Shown one piece after another: positions 26,071 to 38,400 of a stretch of DNA of 64,000 nucleotides. Below the pieces are notes generated by a model, which made no database searches, was not told where the DNA came from, and was given only the letters and a program-made list of their open reading frames with translations. Position numbers and translations under genes: made by a program. Each line of letters opens with the position of its first letter. The first letter of the stretch is position 1. This DNA comes from Octopus sinensis (Eukaryota), in assembly GCF_006345805.1 (NCBI RefSeq), contig NC_042997.1, forward strand, positions 142,786,001 to 142,850,000. Reading direction: 5' to 3'.

Positions 26071-28597
26071 TAGGCCTTGGTATATATGATATGATATAAC
26101 ATTGATTCCAGTATTTGCTGGTATTTCATTTTATTGACCCTAGCAGGCTAAAGACAAAGTTAACATCAGCGAGATTTGAACTGAGAATATAAAGATCCAG
26201 AACAAATACTACTAGACATGTTTTCCGACACTCTAACAATTCTGCCAGCTCACTGCCTTCCATATATGATGAGTTTCCAAAAATAATGAGTTTGCCAATA
26301 TTTTCAATAGCGGGAACATGCTACATCACAGATTTTTTTACCACTAAGCTAAAATTAAGGCTGACTAACTCTAAGAAATATTGAAATAATCAAACCCACT
26401 TTTACATAACTTAAATGTGTATTTAGCAGTCCACTTTTTGTTTCAATTATCAATTAATTTCAGTTCTCTTTTTCATTCATTTTTATTTATTTATTATGTG
26501 CATCCATTCATGCAGGCATTTTGGGTTCAGTCCCACTGCATGGAATCTAGTGATGACCAAAACCTTGTGAGTAGATTTGCTTGACAGAAGCTGAAAGAAG
26601 CCAACTGTATATGCAATTAATCACTGTATATAATTGGTTTCAAATTTTGGCACAAAGTGAGCAATTTGTTGGGAGGAGTAAATCGATTATGTCAACCCTG
26701 GTCCTCAATTGGTACTTGTTTTATCAACTACAAAAGAACGGCAAAGTCAACCTTGGTAGAATTTGAACTCAGAGCATAAAGATAGATGAAATGCTACTGT
26801 GCATTTTGCCCAGCATGCTAACAATTCTGCCAACTCACCACCATATCACTGCATATAATTAATGTGTTTTTTGACATTATAAATAAAGGTTAATGTCTTC
26901 TGTTGACTATTACATAAACATGTTACTTAAAAGTGAAAGCGGGGAGAGAGAGAACAATGTTAAGACAAATAATGTGGAGCTTAAGTTGAATTTTGCTAGT
27001 CGTTTTTATAGCTGTTAACCATACTACTAGAATCTTTGACTAGACTTTTGGTGGAGAAATGTCTATTTCCTTTGAAGTTTTGCCATTTTCACCATAATAA
27101 GTCAGCCAGTACTGATCAGTTGTATTCACATTAACATCTTTCATGACTTGGAAAATCTGAAAGCTGTGGTTCAAATCTTAGCTGGGATTTTGCTACAAGA
27201 CAAAGGTTCACAGTTACCTCCCCTGCTTGCTTCACTAAATAATACTGGCTACTACTTGGTGGCTATTTGGCTACTTACTACTTGGTGTTTTGTCAATTGT
27301 CTGTATTGAACCTTAGTATCATTATTTCTGATATTGAAGACACTGGAAATCAGCAACCTTTTTTTTTTTCAAACTAACCTGTATTTTCTTCACATTTTGG
27401 CCTTACATGTTATTTAAGATGTGTATTGAAGTTGGAAGCTTATCAAATTCATTTATTCACCTTAGCAAAACATTTGATTAATTATAACAATGTTTATGAC
27501 TGTATTTTAGTAATAAAAAATTAAATAAAGACACATTAAGATATGTTTACATAACAGATACAAGAAAATATTGAAAAAAATTTACTAGATTCTCTCGTTC
27601 TCCGTTCTAGATTTGTTTTTGGTGATTTTTGTTGTTTTTCTTCGTTTTCTTTTTTTTTTTTCTCATGTAGAAAAACATTTGATATATGTTCTGTATACTT
27701 ACCTCCCTTGCTAACAGGCGTTCAGTTTAGAGTAATCTCCCTTGAGCTTTTCTGTTTCTTTTTGCATTACCGAAAATTCAATTTGTTATTTATGCTTACG
27801 ATAACCCTGTCAAACAAACCATAGCTAATGTAAGATCTTCGCCCCGTTCCAGTCGTGAACAGCCCATCATTTTCCTGTGTGGAACCCGAAGCTACATCCA
27901 AAGTGTTCTTTTCTAGGACAACAGGTTATGATTTAAAATAAAATAATAATAATAATGAAATTATTGTATACAGTGTTCAGGTGCACCACAACTTGTCAAA
28001 AGTGCGTATAAAGTATATTTGAGAAGATATAACTGCTATTTCTAGCAATTTTGAGCTACTACATTTAGAATCTCTTGGAGATTTGTTTTGCATCGAGTAC
28101 AAAAAGTGAGGATTATTAATTAAATTGTACATACTCTGTCAACTGGGGAGGGATGAAATTGACCTCGACAAGATTTCAAATCAAGCAATATGAAAAATAA
28201 ATAAAATACTCTTTTAGCCATCTCTTCAAAATAATTATAATGATTTCTTTATTTGCCCAAGGGCAACTGAAAAAGAGATATTATGCAGACAGTTTACTAA
28301 AAAAAATGGTTGTTAATGCAAAAATGATTATAGAAAACTGACATGGAGAATAATCCTTTCTGCTAAAAGCACAAGGCCTGAGATTTGTGGGGAGGGAATA
28401 CAGAAGATTACATTGACCCCAGTGTTTCACCGATACTTCATTTATCAACCCTGAAAGTATGAAAGGTAAAGTCAACCTTGGCAGAATTTGAACTCAGAAT
28501 CTACCAGCAGACGAAATACTGCTAAGCATTTCACCTGGTGTACTACCAATCCGCCATGGAGAATATTAACATATGAAATTATAAGGACCAGTAATGA

Positions 28598-28920
28598 AGG
28601 TGTGTGGCTTGGTGGTTAGAGTATTCAGCTCTGAATCATAAAGTCATGAGTTCAATTCCCAGTGGTGCATTGTGTCCTTGAGCAAGACACTTTATTTCAC
28701 ATTACTCCAGTCCACTCGGCTAATAAAAATGCGTTGTACCTGTAGTTCAAAGGGCTGACCTTCTCACGTTTGATGTGTTATTCTGAATCTCCATGGAGAT
28801 TATGTTAAGTGTATGCATGTTTGCAGAGTGCTCAATAATTTTGCTCGTATATTAACTTCATGAGCAGGCTGTTCCATTGTTTAAATCAACTGGTACACTT
28901 GTTGTAACCAACAGAGTACC
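28598..28920 (+). mobile_element. tRNA-derived SINE family D
   Basis: TGGCTTGGTGG..GAGTTCAATTCC, then CCTTGAGCAAGACACTT. Related at 50690-50830, 52538-52830, 62990-63110 and 63620-63970. Confidence 0.7.
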
Positions 28921-29653
28921 AGAGTACCACCTAAAACCCATAGATCCAAGATTATCCCAACCACCAGAGCAAATGCCTTATCTATCTGTGTTCTCCAGTC
29001 TACTGGTGTAGGCTGATTCACACAGGCCATTGTTGCCATTCTCTCTCACCTTTCATCAAATTACTTGAAGTCGATGAGAAAATAATTAAATTAATAACGA
29101 TGATGATGATGATTTTTGTTTTAGATTGTTTCTGAAACAACAAAATAACTAAATAAAGTCATATAAATACAAATAAAGAGAAACAATTTGATGCAAAAGA
29201 GGAAGTAAGTGGGATATTTTATACAGACCTAAAAGAGAAGGGGAAAACAAAATAGTTTCAGAGTGAGATGGTTAAGGTACTTACAGCTCTACCTTAAGCT
29301 CAACCAGTCCTGCTTATATTTGAAATTGATGAAGTTACCCAATTCAGCCCTATCATACTTACTACACTTGTATAGGTTTCATAGAATTTTTCTTAGGACA
29401 TTATTTGCCTGGTATTCTTTTTATTTAAATGATAACATTATTTCAGTCTGCCCTCACATTAGTCCAGGCTGAATGAAATGGAGGAAAAAAAATTTAGAAA
29501 AATAAAAAACAAAATTGAATGACATGCAATGTATTTTCAGATCTTTTTCTGAATTCAAGAGTCAATTTGATTATTTGTTAACATATTATATGACAATTGA
29601 TTTGATTATATGATAGAATAATAATTTCTCATTTACTTATTTATTGTTTCTAG

Positions 29654-29950
29654 CAGTCTGGTAATGCGCACATTCCTTTGATATCTCCGGAGTTACAAAA
29701 AAGACGAGTTCAGGACATTTTAAAAAGGATACCAATAGGATCTGAAGCTACAACAGTGATGGTTGGATGTGTTGACTTCCTTCAAAAACCTGCAATGGCT
29801 TTTGTTCGACTTTCAGAAGGTCAAATCATTAAAAACTTTACTGAGGTTCCTTTACCTACTCGTTTTGTATCTGTGCTACTTGGTCCAGATAATGGAGAGA
29901 TGGACTACCATGAAGTTGGCCGCTCACTGTCCACTCTTATGTCAAATCAG
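29654..29950 (+). CDS. SLC4A2: SLC4 AE-like exon, band-3 cytoplasmic domain (KRIPIGSEATTVMVGCVDFLQKPAMAFVRL...YHEVGRSLSTLMSNQ)
   Basis: Classic band-3 cytoplasmic motifs. TAGCAG acceptor, CAG|GTAAGG donor, 99 codons. Confidence 0.96.
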
Positions 29951-30358
29951 GTAAGGATTAACTTTTTACGAAAGAAATTATATATGTCTATGTGTAAGTG
30001 TATGTGCTAAAAGTGAGGTCTTAAAAGCATTATGCTTATGCCTATACACTCACTGGGCCATGTCTCTGCCAAGCTTTCCCCACCTCTCATTTTCCTAACA
30101 CCTATCCCTCCATAACTCTTCTAACTACAGCACTATTCAACTACTGTAATCATATGAGAAGAGAATCTGCGTGTATTTCATCTTCTTTTGTGTTACCAGT
30201 TATCACTCCCTCTCTTTGAGATCACTTCCTTTTAAAATCCTTCTTTCATTCTCAATATCATCCTTTCCTACTCTATTTTCCATTTATCACACCTTTCTCT
30301 GTTTCCTGTTATCTCTTCCTTTCTTCTGAGTTACATCTTAGGACTGCCATATTTCATC

Positions 30359-30520
30359 TTTAACACCCTCTCATATTTTCTATCAACCTCAACACCCTCT
30401 TATATCTGCTATCACTCTCAATACCCTCTTATATCTGCTATCACTCTCAATACCCTCTTATATTTGCTATCACTCTCAACACCTCATATCTGCTATCACT
30501 CACAACACCTTATCATATTT
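30359..30520. repeat. 29-bp minisatellite, about 5-6 copies
   Basis: Unit CTCAATACCCTCTTATATCTGCTATCACT. Confidence 0.9.
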
Positions 30521-31136
30521 GTCACCAATAGCCTCCCCCATCACCTTTGTTCCCCACTCACTACAACCACCTCTATGTACCTCTGACTTTCATCTATGTC
30601 ACTGTCTATCTTTCCCTCCACTCTCCCATCCCACTTACAATCTCCATGTTTTCTGATCTATCCACTGGCATTAATATAATGCTGCTCTCTATCCTTCCTG
30701 TGCCTCCTCTATCTCTCTCACCTTATCACCCCAACTGTACTGGTTTGACACAATGCAAACTACAGGGCTGCATCAACCTCAAGTGTTGCTTTGACATAGT
30801 TTCTTTGACTGGATGTCCTTCCTAAAGTCATATTTTGAGGAGAGAAAAGCAGAATATCTTATTAAAAAAAAAATCTAATTTTGCACAGATATTTATTATC
30901 ACTATTTTCTTGCACTGTCCTATCCAGTATGTATCTATTTTTAGATATTTGTATGGTCTGTCTGTGTTAATTTTTTATAGAAGTTATTAGAAAAATGTGA
31001 GGTTTTCCAACACATTGTTCATACTTTCTGTTTTCCCAATAAGTTGTGTTAAATCTTCTCTAATGGTCTTTGGATGTCTTTCAATGAATATAGAAGTTGT
31101 TGAATCTTCATCTTCAACAGTTTATTTCTTATTTAC

Positions 31137-31515
31137 ATTATTTACATTTGACGGTTATTTGTCCTCATCTTGTTTGTTGTTAAAATGTTTTGGCTGATAT
31201 ACCCTTCAGCCTTCATCAGGTGTCTTGAGGAAATTTCGAACATGGGTTCTCATTCCTAAGATGCCCGTGGGCATATGGCGTAGCGCTTAAGAGCATGGGC
31301 TACTATCGCCAAGATTCTAAGTTTGATTCCAGGCAGTGACCTGAATGATAATAATAATAATAATAATAATAATAACATTGAAAAATACCTTAGGAATGAG
31401 GACCCAGGTTCAAAATTTCCCCAAGACACCTGATGAAGGCTGGAGAGTATATCAGCCAAAACATTTTGTTAACAACAAACAAGATGAGGACAAATAACCG
31501 TCAAATGTAAATAAT
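31137..31515. mobile_element. Inverted ~125-bp hammerhead-like arms around a tRNA-like head and (AAT)n
   Basis: Arms at 31137-31260 and 31389-31515. CTGATGA-A-GGCTG..CAGCC-AAAAC in both arms. Confidence 0.75.
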
Positions 31516-32208
31516 ATACATAATTCCACATCTCTTAAAAAAAAAGTTTGTTCCTTGTTTATGCGTAGTACTCAACAGAGATTGGAACTGTTACATAGAT
31601 TATACGAATAAATGAAAGAAAGTAGCACTCAATACATGTAGGTGAGAATATCTGGATTTTCATTGTTTTCATTTAACTAATCACCTCTTCACTACTGTAA
31701 CCTATGGATCAGAAAGTTATTTCCTTTCCAATGACTGATGATTAATATCAATACCTAATAATTCTAGAAAAATAATAACATTCTGTTAGTAATTATTGAA
31801 GATGTCTGAGGAAAGTTAATCATACATTTCTTCACTGAAGTTTGTAAAAAAGAAAATGGTCCAAATGTAGTTCAGAAAGACTTTAAGATTGAGTATGAAA
31901 TGGTCTCGGTCAGCAATAGCCTTACACAAATGTTACAGGAAATTGGATTTGAAGAACTTGTTGCAGGTGATATTCAGGAGTTTTTCATTATGGTGAGACC
32001 CTCACCTATGAACACCTTAAAGTGTTACCAGAGCTACAGGTACACAATTCAGAAAACAAAGAAGAGACTCCTCTATAGGTGGTTTTAACAACAAAGATCT
32101 TTTCTAAGGTTTGAGTGAAATAATTCATGCTTTTTCAAAAACCTTCAGAAAATTATCCAAATTTTAAAAGAAGAATAAAAGTTAAAAGATTTATAATGAT
32201 GGTATTAA

Positions 32209-32429
32209 CCCATTTGATACCAACCCGGCTGAAACCACCTCTGGCTCTATAGTACAAATGTCTTGTTTTCATAAGTTCTGGATGAAAATCTTCCACCAAA
32301 CCTTAGTCACAATTTATGTTCCTAACACTAACTTAATGATAACTAAGTTATTTTAATAAATTCTTTGTTATATTTAAAGTAATTGAAAGAAACATAGAGC
32401 ATCTCAAAATAAATACAGTAGCGAAAGGG
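32209..32429 (+). mobile_element. piggyBac-type non-autonomous element
   Basis: TTAA|CCC...GGG|TTAA. Copies at 34533-34733 and 58716-58936 (-); degenerate copy near 62200-62415. Confidence 0.85.
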
Positions 32430-32579
32430 TTAAACTGTTTATTGGGAAGAATTAGATGTTTGTGAAACAGCAAAGCAGTCAACATTTGATACAATTTTTT
32501 ATAAATACAAAAAGAATCTAATGCAATCAGTATTATCATATTTTTTTGGTCTTTGGGACATTTTTCTTGTGGCAAAAAC

Positions 32580-32662
32580 TAAAGAAAGTTTATACTTTTT
32601 TGATTGAATTTATATAATAGAAAATTATATAAATTCAATCAAAAAAGTATAAACTTTCTTTA
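32580..32662. repeat. Perfect 39-bp inverted repeat with 5-nt loop
   Basis: 32580-32618 is the reverse complement of 32624-32662. Confidence 0.95.
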
Positions 32663-33014
32663 TGTGTGTGTGTGCATGTTTTTTTATTGAATTAAATGTA
32701 ATTTTTTTGTTGAAAGGATTTTTTCTGAAAGTAGGAGCATTGTAGGCCTACAGAAATTAAGTGGATATTTCTTTCAATAATTAAAAGATCTTTGTTTTAC
32801 TTTCTTCTCATGGAGAACTGGTGAAGTAAAGAACTGGAGCATTTAAAATTTTTTAATCAAGGCAGTGTGTGTGTGTGTGTGTAATATTTTCCCATAGCTA
32901 GACATGTTTTCCACTGAAGATTGGAAATAGACAGCTTTACTTGTATAATGATAATGCTCATTTACAAACATCACATGATGTCAAGACAATGTGTGTGTAT
33001 ATATATATATATAT

Positions 33015-33096
<82 letters not shown>

Positions 33097-33318
33097 CTAC
33101 CACTACTACTAGCAAAATTTACATTTGCATTCTATGTTGAACCAATACTCATATAAAAATTGGATGTAAAATGATAATGTATTATTGCTGCTCTTGATAT
33201 CCAATTTCTTGTGTGTTTACTTTATTTCCTTACATTTTTGCCTTCTTCTCTCAGTCTTAATATCACTTCTTCTATGCTAGATAATGGCTTTCACCATTAT
33301 TTCTTTATTAATTTTTAG

Positions 33319-33511
33319 AACTTCCATGATGTAGCTTACCAAGCTGAAAGTAGGGAAGAATTTCTACATGCCATCAATGACTTCTTGACGGAATCTATAG
33401 TGTTGCCACCTGGTGACTGGGACCATAAAACTCTACTACCCATCATGGATATGGCTAGGAAACGAGCAAACTTACGATTGCGAAAAAAACAGAAGCAGAT
33501 GGAAAAAGAGG
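33319..33511 (+). CDS. SLC4A2: SLC4 AE-like exon (NFHDVAYQAESREEFLHAINDFLTESIVLPPGDWD...KE)
   Basis: FHDVAY and VLPPG motifs. TTTTAG acceptor, G|GTACGT donor, phase 0-1. Missing from the + strand ORF track. Confidence 0.96.
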
Positions 33512-35009
33512 GTACGTACAACTGCTGCAGTTTGGTTAAGGAGTCACGAGCCCGGTAAGTCTTCTGGAATAATTTGGTGACAACTTGGCTGTCTTTGTCT
33601 TGTTACCACTCCAATGAATTCTTACCAAAACTCTTGTAGCTTTTTTCTCAAACTGCTTGATTTTTTTTGTTGTTTTTTATTTTTTTTTTTTTACAACTTC
33701 TAGCAATATAAAAGCACTGAGATTTGCTGAAGCTTATTGCTGTTCTGCTGTGGTTTCTTAAAATTACTTTCTTGTTTACATATTTTTTTTAATTGCACTG
33801 AAGTTCATAATTTTCTTTCTCACTGTTATTTTTATAACTTTAAGCCTCTTACTTCTCCTCTACAGCCTATCATCTCAGGAATATAATTGCTACTGCCTTA
33901 TTTTAAGCTAAGACACTTCTCTAAATTATAAGAAAATTCTTAACAGAATTGACTTTATCTATCATCCATCTGTTGGTCAATAAAACAATAGTAACAGGTC
34001 AGTAATAGTAATAGGTCAGTTAAATCAACTATACCCCTTTCACTACAAACATTGGTCTTGAACCTAATCAAAATCCATACTAGCAGTTCTGAACCCCAAT
34101 TTTTGCTATGGACCTTTTTTTGAGGTAGGAGACCAAAGAGTAGCCCAAGAACTAAATAGTTCAATAATATCCATAGTCTCAGTTGGCAATACTTGGGGAT
34201 CCAACAGAAAAATACAATGATGATTGTTTGTGACAGAGCCCTAGGGAGGAGGTGCCTGAGAAAATGGATGGATGGATGGTTGGTTGGACATCTTTTGAAG
34301 CAAAATCACTTCTTTGTGACCACCCCTTCATAGATACTATTAGTTGGTAAATTTTAATATTTGCAGTGTCTATGAATTGCAACTCTATCATGTAAAAACA
34401 AAGTACTTTTTAGTATCTAATGAAAATAATTATTTCTATGGAGATAAAATTGTGCATTAGCCAACAAAATTTTGTAAAGATATGAAGCAAAAAGGACCTC
34501 TAGAAATTAACTTCTTTTTCATTGCTTTTTAACCCTCTTGTTACCAACCCGGCTGAATCTGGCTCTGAGTACAAATATCTTGTTTTCATAAGTTTTGAAT
34601 TAAAATTTTCCATCAAACCTTAGTCACAATTTATGTTCCTAACACTAGCTGAATGATTACTAAGTTATTTGTTATATTTAAAGTAATTGAAAGAAACACA
34701 GAGCATCTCAAAATAAATACAGTAACGAAAGGGTTAATGTCCACTTTTCCACACTTGCATGAGTCAGGTGCAATTTGTTGAGGCTAATTTTCTATGCCAT
34801 AATGTGCTTTCTGTCACCGACTCTCACCTGTTTTTAAGTAAGGTAATATATTTGAATGACCATCATGGAAGACTGGAAAGGAAGGACCACCACTTGCACA
34901 ACAGTGGCACTCATTTGCAACTGCTACACAGTGTCGAAATAAGAATACGGTAAAAAACAATAATACACACATGCAAACATATACATGTATGTGTGCGTGT
35001 ATATACATA

Positions 35010-35424
35010 TTAGGTTGTCAAGAAAGTTCTTGTGGAATTTTAAATTTTAGTTTTAAATTATGTATTTTCAAATTAATTTTCATTAAATTACAACGCTCGG
35101 CCGCACGTCACACAACTGACCCTGCAGAAGTTGAATGAATTGGGCTATGAAACTCTGCCTCATCTGCCATACTCACCAGGCCTCTCGCCTACCGATTACC
35201 ACTTTTTCAAGTATCTCGACAACTTCCTGTGTGAGAAATGCTTCAAAAACCAAGACAATGCCAAACACATCTTCAACAACTTCATCATCACCAGATCGCA
35301 GGATTTTTATGTGCAAATTAATAAATTTTTGTTTATAATTTTGTTAATAAAGTTTTGTTTGAGCCGAGATATGTGCATCTGAATTTAAAGGTTAAAAACT
35401 GCAAGAACTTTCTTGACAACCTAA
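35010..35424 (+). mobile_element. Internally deleted mariner
   Basis: TIR TTAGGTTGTCAAGAAAGTTCTTG at both ends with TA TSD. Encodes LPHLPYSPGLSPTDYHFF (mariner YSPDL motif). Confidence 0.92.
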
Positions 35425-35828
35425 TATATAAATAGGCGCAGGAGTGGCTGTGTGAATAGGCACAGGAGCGGTTGTGTGGTAAGTAGCTTCCTTACCAACC
35501 ATATGGTTCCAGGTTCAGTCCCACTTTGTGGCACCTTGGGCAAGTGTCTTCTAATATAGCCTAAAGATGACCAAAGCCTTGTAAGTGAATTTGGTAGATG
35601 GAAACTGAAAGAAGCCTGTCATATATCTGTATGTGCTTGTGTGACTGTGTTTGTATCCCCCACCACCACCATCACCACCATTGCTTGACAACTGATGTTG
35701 GTGTGTTTACAACCCCATAACTTAACGGTTCAGCAAATGAGACCGATAGAATAAGTCCTGGGGTGAATTTGTTCAACTAAAGATGGTGCTCCAGTATGGC
35801 CACAGTCAAATGACTGAAACAAATAAAA

Positions 35829-35885
<57 letters not shown>

Positions 35886-35998
35886 CCTGCTCACTTAGCC
35901 AGCAGGGTGGCGTCGTTCAAAGGCTAAAACAATGCAAACGCATTGTGACCAGTGATGTGTAGCAACATCTGATGGTCTGGTCGGTCACGTGATCACGT

Positions 35999-36054
<56 letters not shown>

Positions 36055-36469
36055 GATATACACAATGGACTTTTTTCAGTTTCTGTCTAGCATATCTATT
36101 TTCAAGGATTTGGTTGGCCAGAGGCTATAGTAAAAGACTAGAAGGCTCTTGCCTAAAGTTCCATGCAGTGAAACTGGACCCAAAACCATGTGGTTGGGAA
36201 GCAAACATCTTACCACACAGCCATACCTAATGTACATTGAATTTGCCAGAAAAATTCTTAGAAACATAAAATCTTTAGTAATGGCAAAATATTCCTATGG
36301 TTGGCACTTTATTCAGCATGAGGCATGTAAGTGATGCAAACTTGGAAGTTTTTCAACATCACATTGCTGTTCTTGTCAAACAAGGACCACTTCACCTGAC
36401 AATATCAAGAAGGTTGTGAGCATTTAATAGTAAGTAATAATACAACACTCAGTTCTATTAATTTCAAGG

Positions 36470-38400
36470 CTAATGAAATGAATACTGAGTTAGAGATACA
36501 TGAAAGGGTTAAATGTGCAAAAACCTACATTTAAGGACTACAAACAAAATATCATTGATAATTTATCTTGTAAGTTAACAAATCTGACCAAAAATGAGTT
36601 GAGAATATTGAGTAAAATTATCTTAGACACTTTTATTTTTAGAATTAAACAAATGACTGATTTACCATTATGGAATAACAGCATTTACATTATCAATTGA
36701 TTCAATAATATTAGTAGCAAGCATCTATGTAAATTTTTCCAGTTTGAGTCTATAAATAATTGTTTGCTCCAAAAAGCATGATTTTATATTGAGAATTATA
36801 TTTCGTGATTTTCATATTGAATTAATCATGCATGCAAAATCATTGCTTGCTTTCCAAAATGATCTATGGGTGAAAACAAAAATTATGTTAATTCTTTTGA
36901 TGTAGTCATAGGCAGCCTAGACTCAGCAGAAATTTGTTAGCTTATGGTGTTTATGCCTTATATTTATTACATATCAAATTTAATCATTTTCAATGTGATA
37001 TACATCAAGATGATGGGATCACTATTATGTGGAATAGAAATGTTAACCTTTAACACACTGCATGTTCTCTAGAATTGTTTCCCCTGCCACTGTCCTGCAA
37101 CTACAGGGGAGAAAACTCTATGGTGACATAATGCGCCTGCAGTGTGATAAAGGTTAAAGACATTCAGAAAAGATCCAGTTAAGCAATTTAAAGACTTACA
37201 CCTAAAAATTACTAACACAAATTTACAAATAGTTAATATTTTTATAAATTACCTTCGGTTCAGAAATAAATATCTTTAGGAAACCAAATAGAAATTGGCA
37301 GTGCAATAAATATAATTTCAAACCATTCACTTGCCCTTATTAATAATTTGGTGATAATGTTAGAATGGTGTTTGGTGCCCCTGCATGGCTGGTAGTTTAA
37401 TAACTGAAACCAATAATAATAGTATTTCATACAGATTGTTGTTTTTCAACAAAGCAGCCCTTTATTATTATGAAGTATTTAAACAATAGTTTTACAGATA
37501 AAATTTATTATAAAACTAATATGAATATTAATACTAAGACACTAAGAACAATAGAGAATGTAAAATTGTTTAACTTGATGCTCCAATCAGTTTTAATGTA
37601 AAAGTACTTTCCAAAAATGCTCATAGATATTATATGATTTTTAAATGGAAATAAAGTCAAATTAAGTTATAGGTGTACAAGTAATTTTGCTACAGAAATA
37701 GCAAACATTTCGAATAGCTTTATACATCCAGTTATTCCCGTTACATAGTTGTTTCAAATTCTCATTAAATAATGTATTCCTTTGAACACAATAGTTTATT
37801 GAGTGAAAGTATATATAACACAAATTATTCAGTTTTTAAGGATTATATTGGGTTGACTGAAAATCATTTTAAACATACTTTCAGAAACCCAGTAACATCT
37901 TTGGACACACGTTTGTCAACCTACATCTGGTCTTCAAAATATAACTGTATCAAATGCTGCAAAATTATTTGGAAGATATTAGAACATGCCAGACCTAATA
38001 ATCAGAGTAACTGTGGCTATAATCTTTACATTTCAGAGAAATCAAATATATTGCTCCATAGGAATTCTATATAAAACATGTCACTTCAGAGATAATGTCT
38101 TTTTGTCAACATGAATCGAAATATCTATGGAAATATTCTAAAATTCCCAATGGTGCAATTCTTAATAATATTTATACCATATTTATACATGTTCCAAACA
38201 AATCAAACCTCTTTTATTGATATGCATCCAACAGTCAATATTGTTGTCAAATTTCGATTTTTTGGTTGAAATATTTCAAAATGGCTAACAAAACCAAATC
38301 AAAACATTTTCTGTCAATAACATTTATAATCAATAGCTTCATTACAAAATTGCTTGAGAACTGGCAAAACATGAAACTTAATTTATGAAGTTTCTGCTTA
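36470..38400 (+). mobile_element. Decayed Penelope-like retroelement (RT-proximal region plus GIY-YIG endonuclease)
   Basis: TFKDYKQN..NLTKNELRILSKIILD..LWNNS at 36500-36700. IY..YIGLTENHFK..LSTYIW..WKIL..NLYISEK at 37772-38074. Confidence 0.75.
37047..37153. mobile_element. Small TTAA-flanked MITE nested in the Penelope relic
   Basis: TTAA|CCTTTAACACACTGCA ... TGCAGTGTGATAAAGG|TTAA. Confidence 0.8.
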
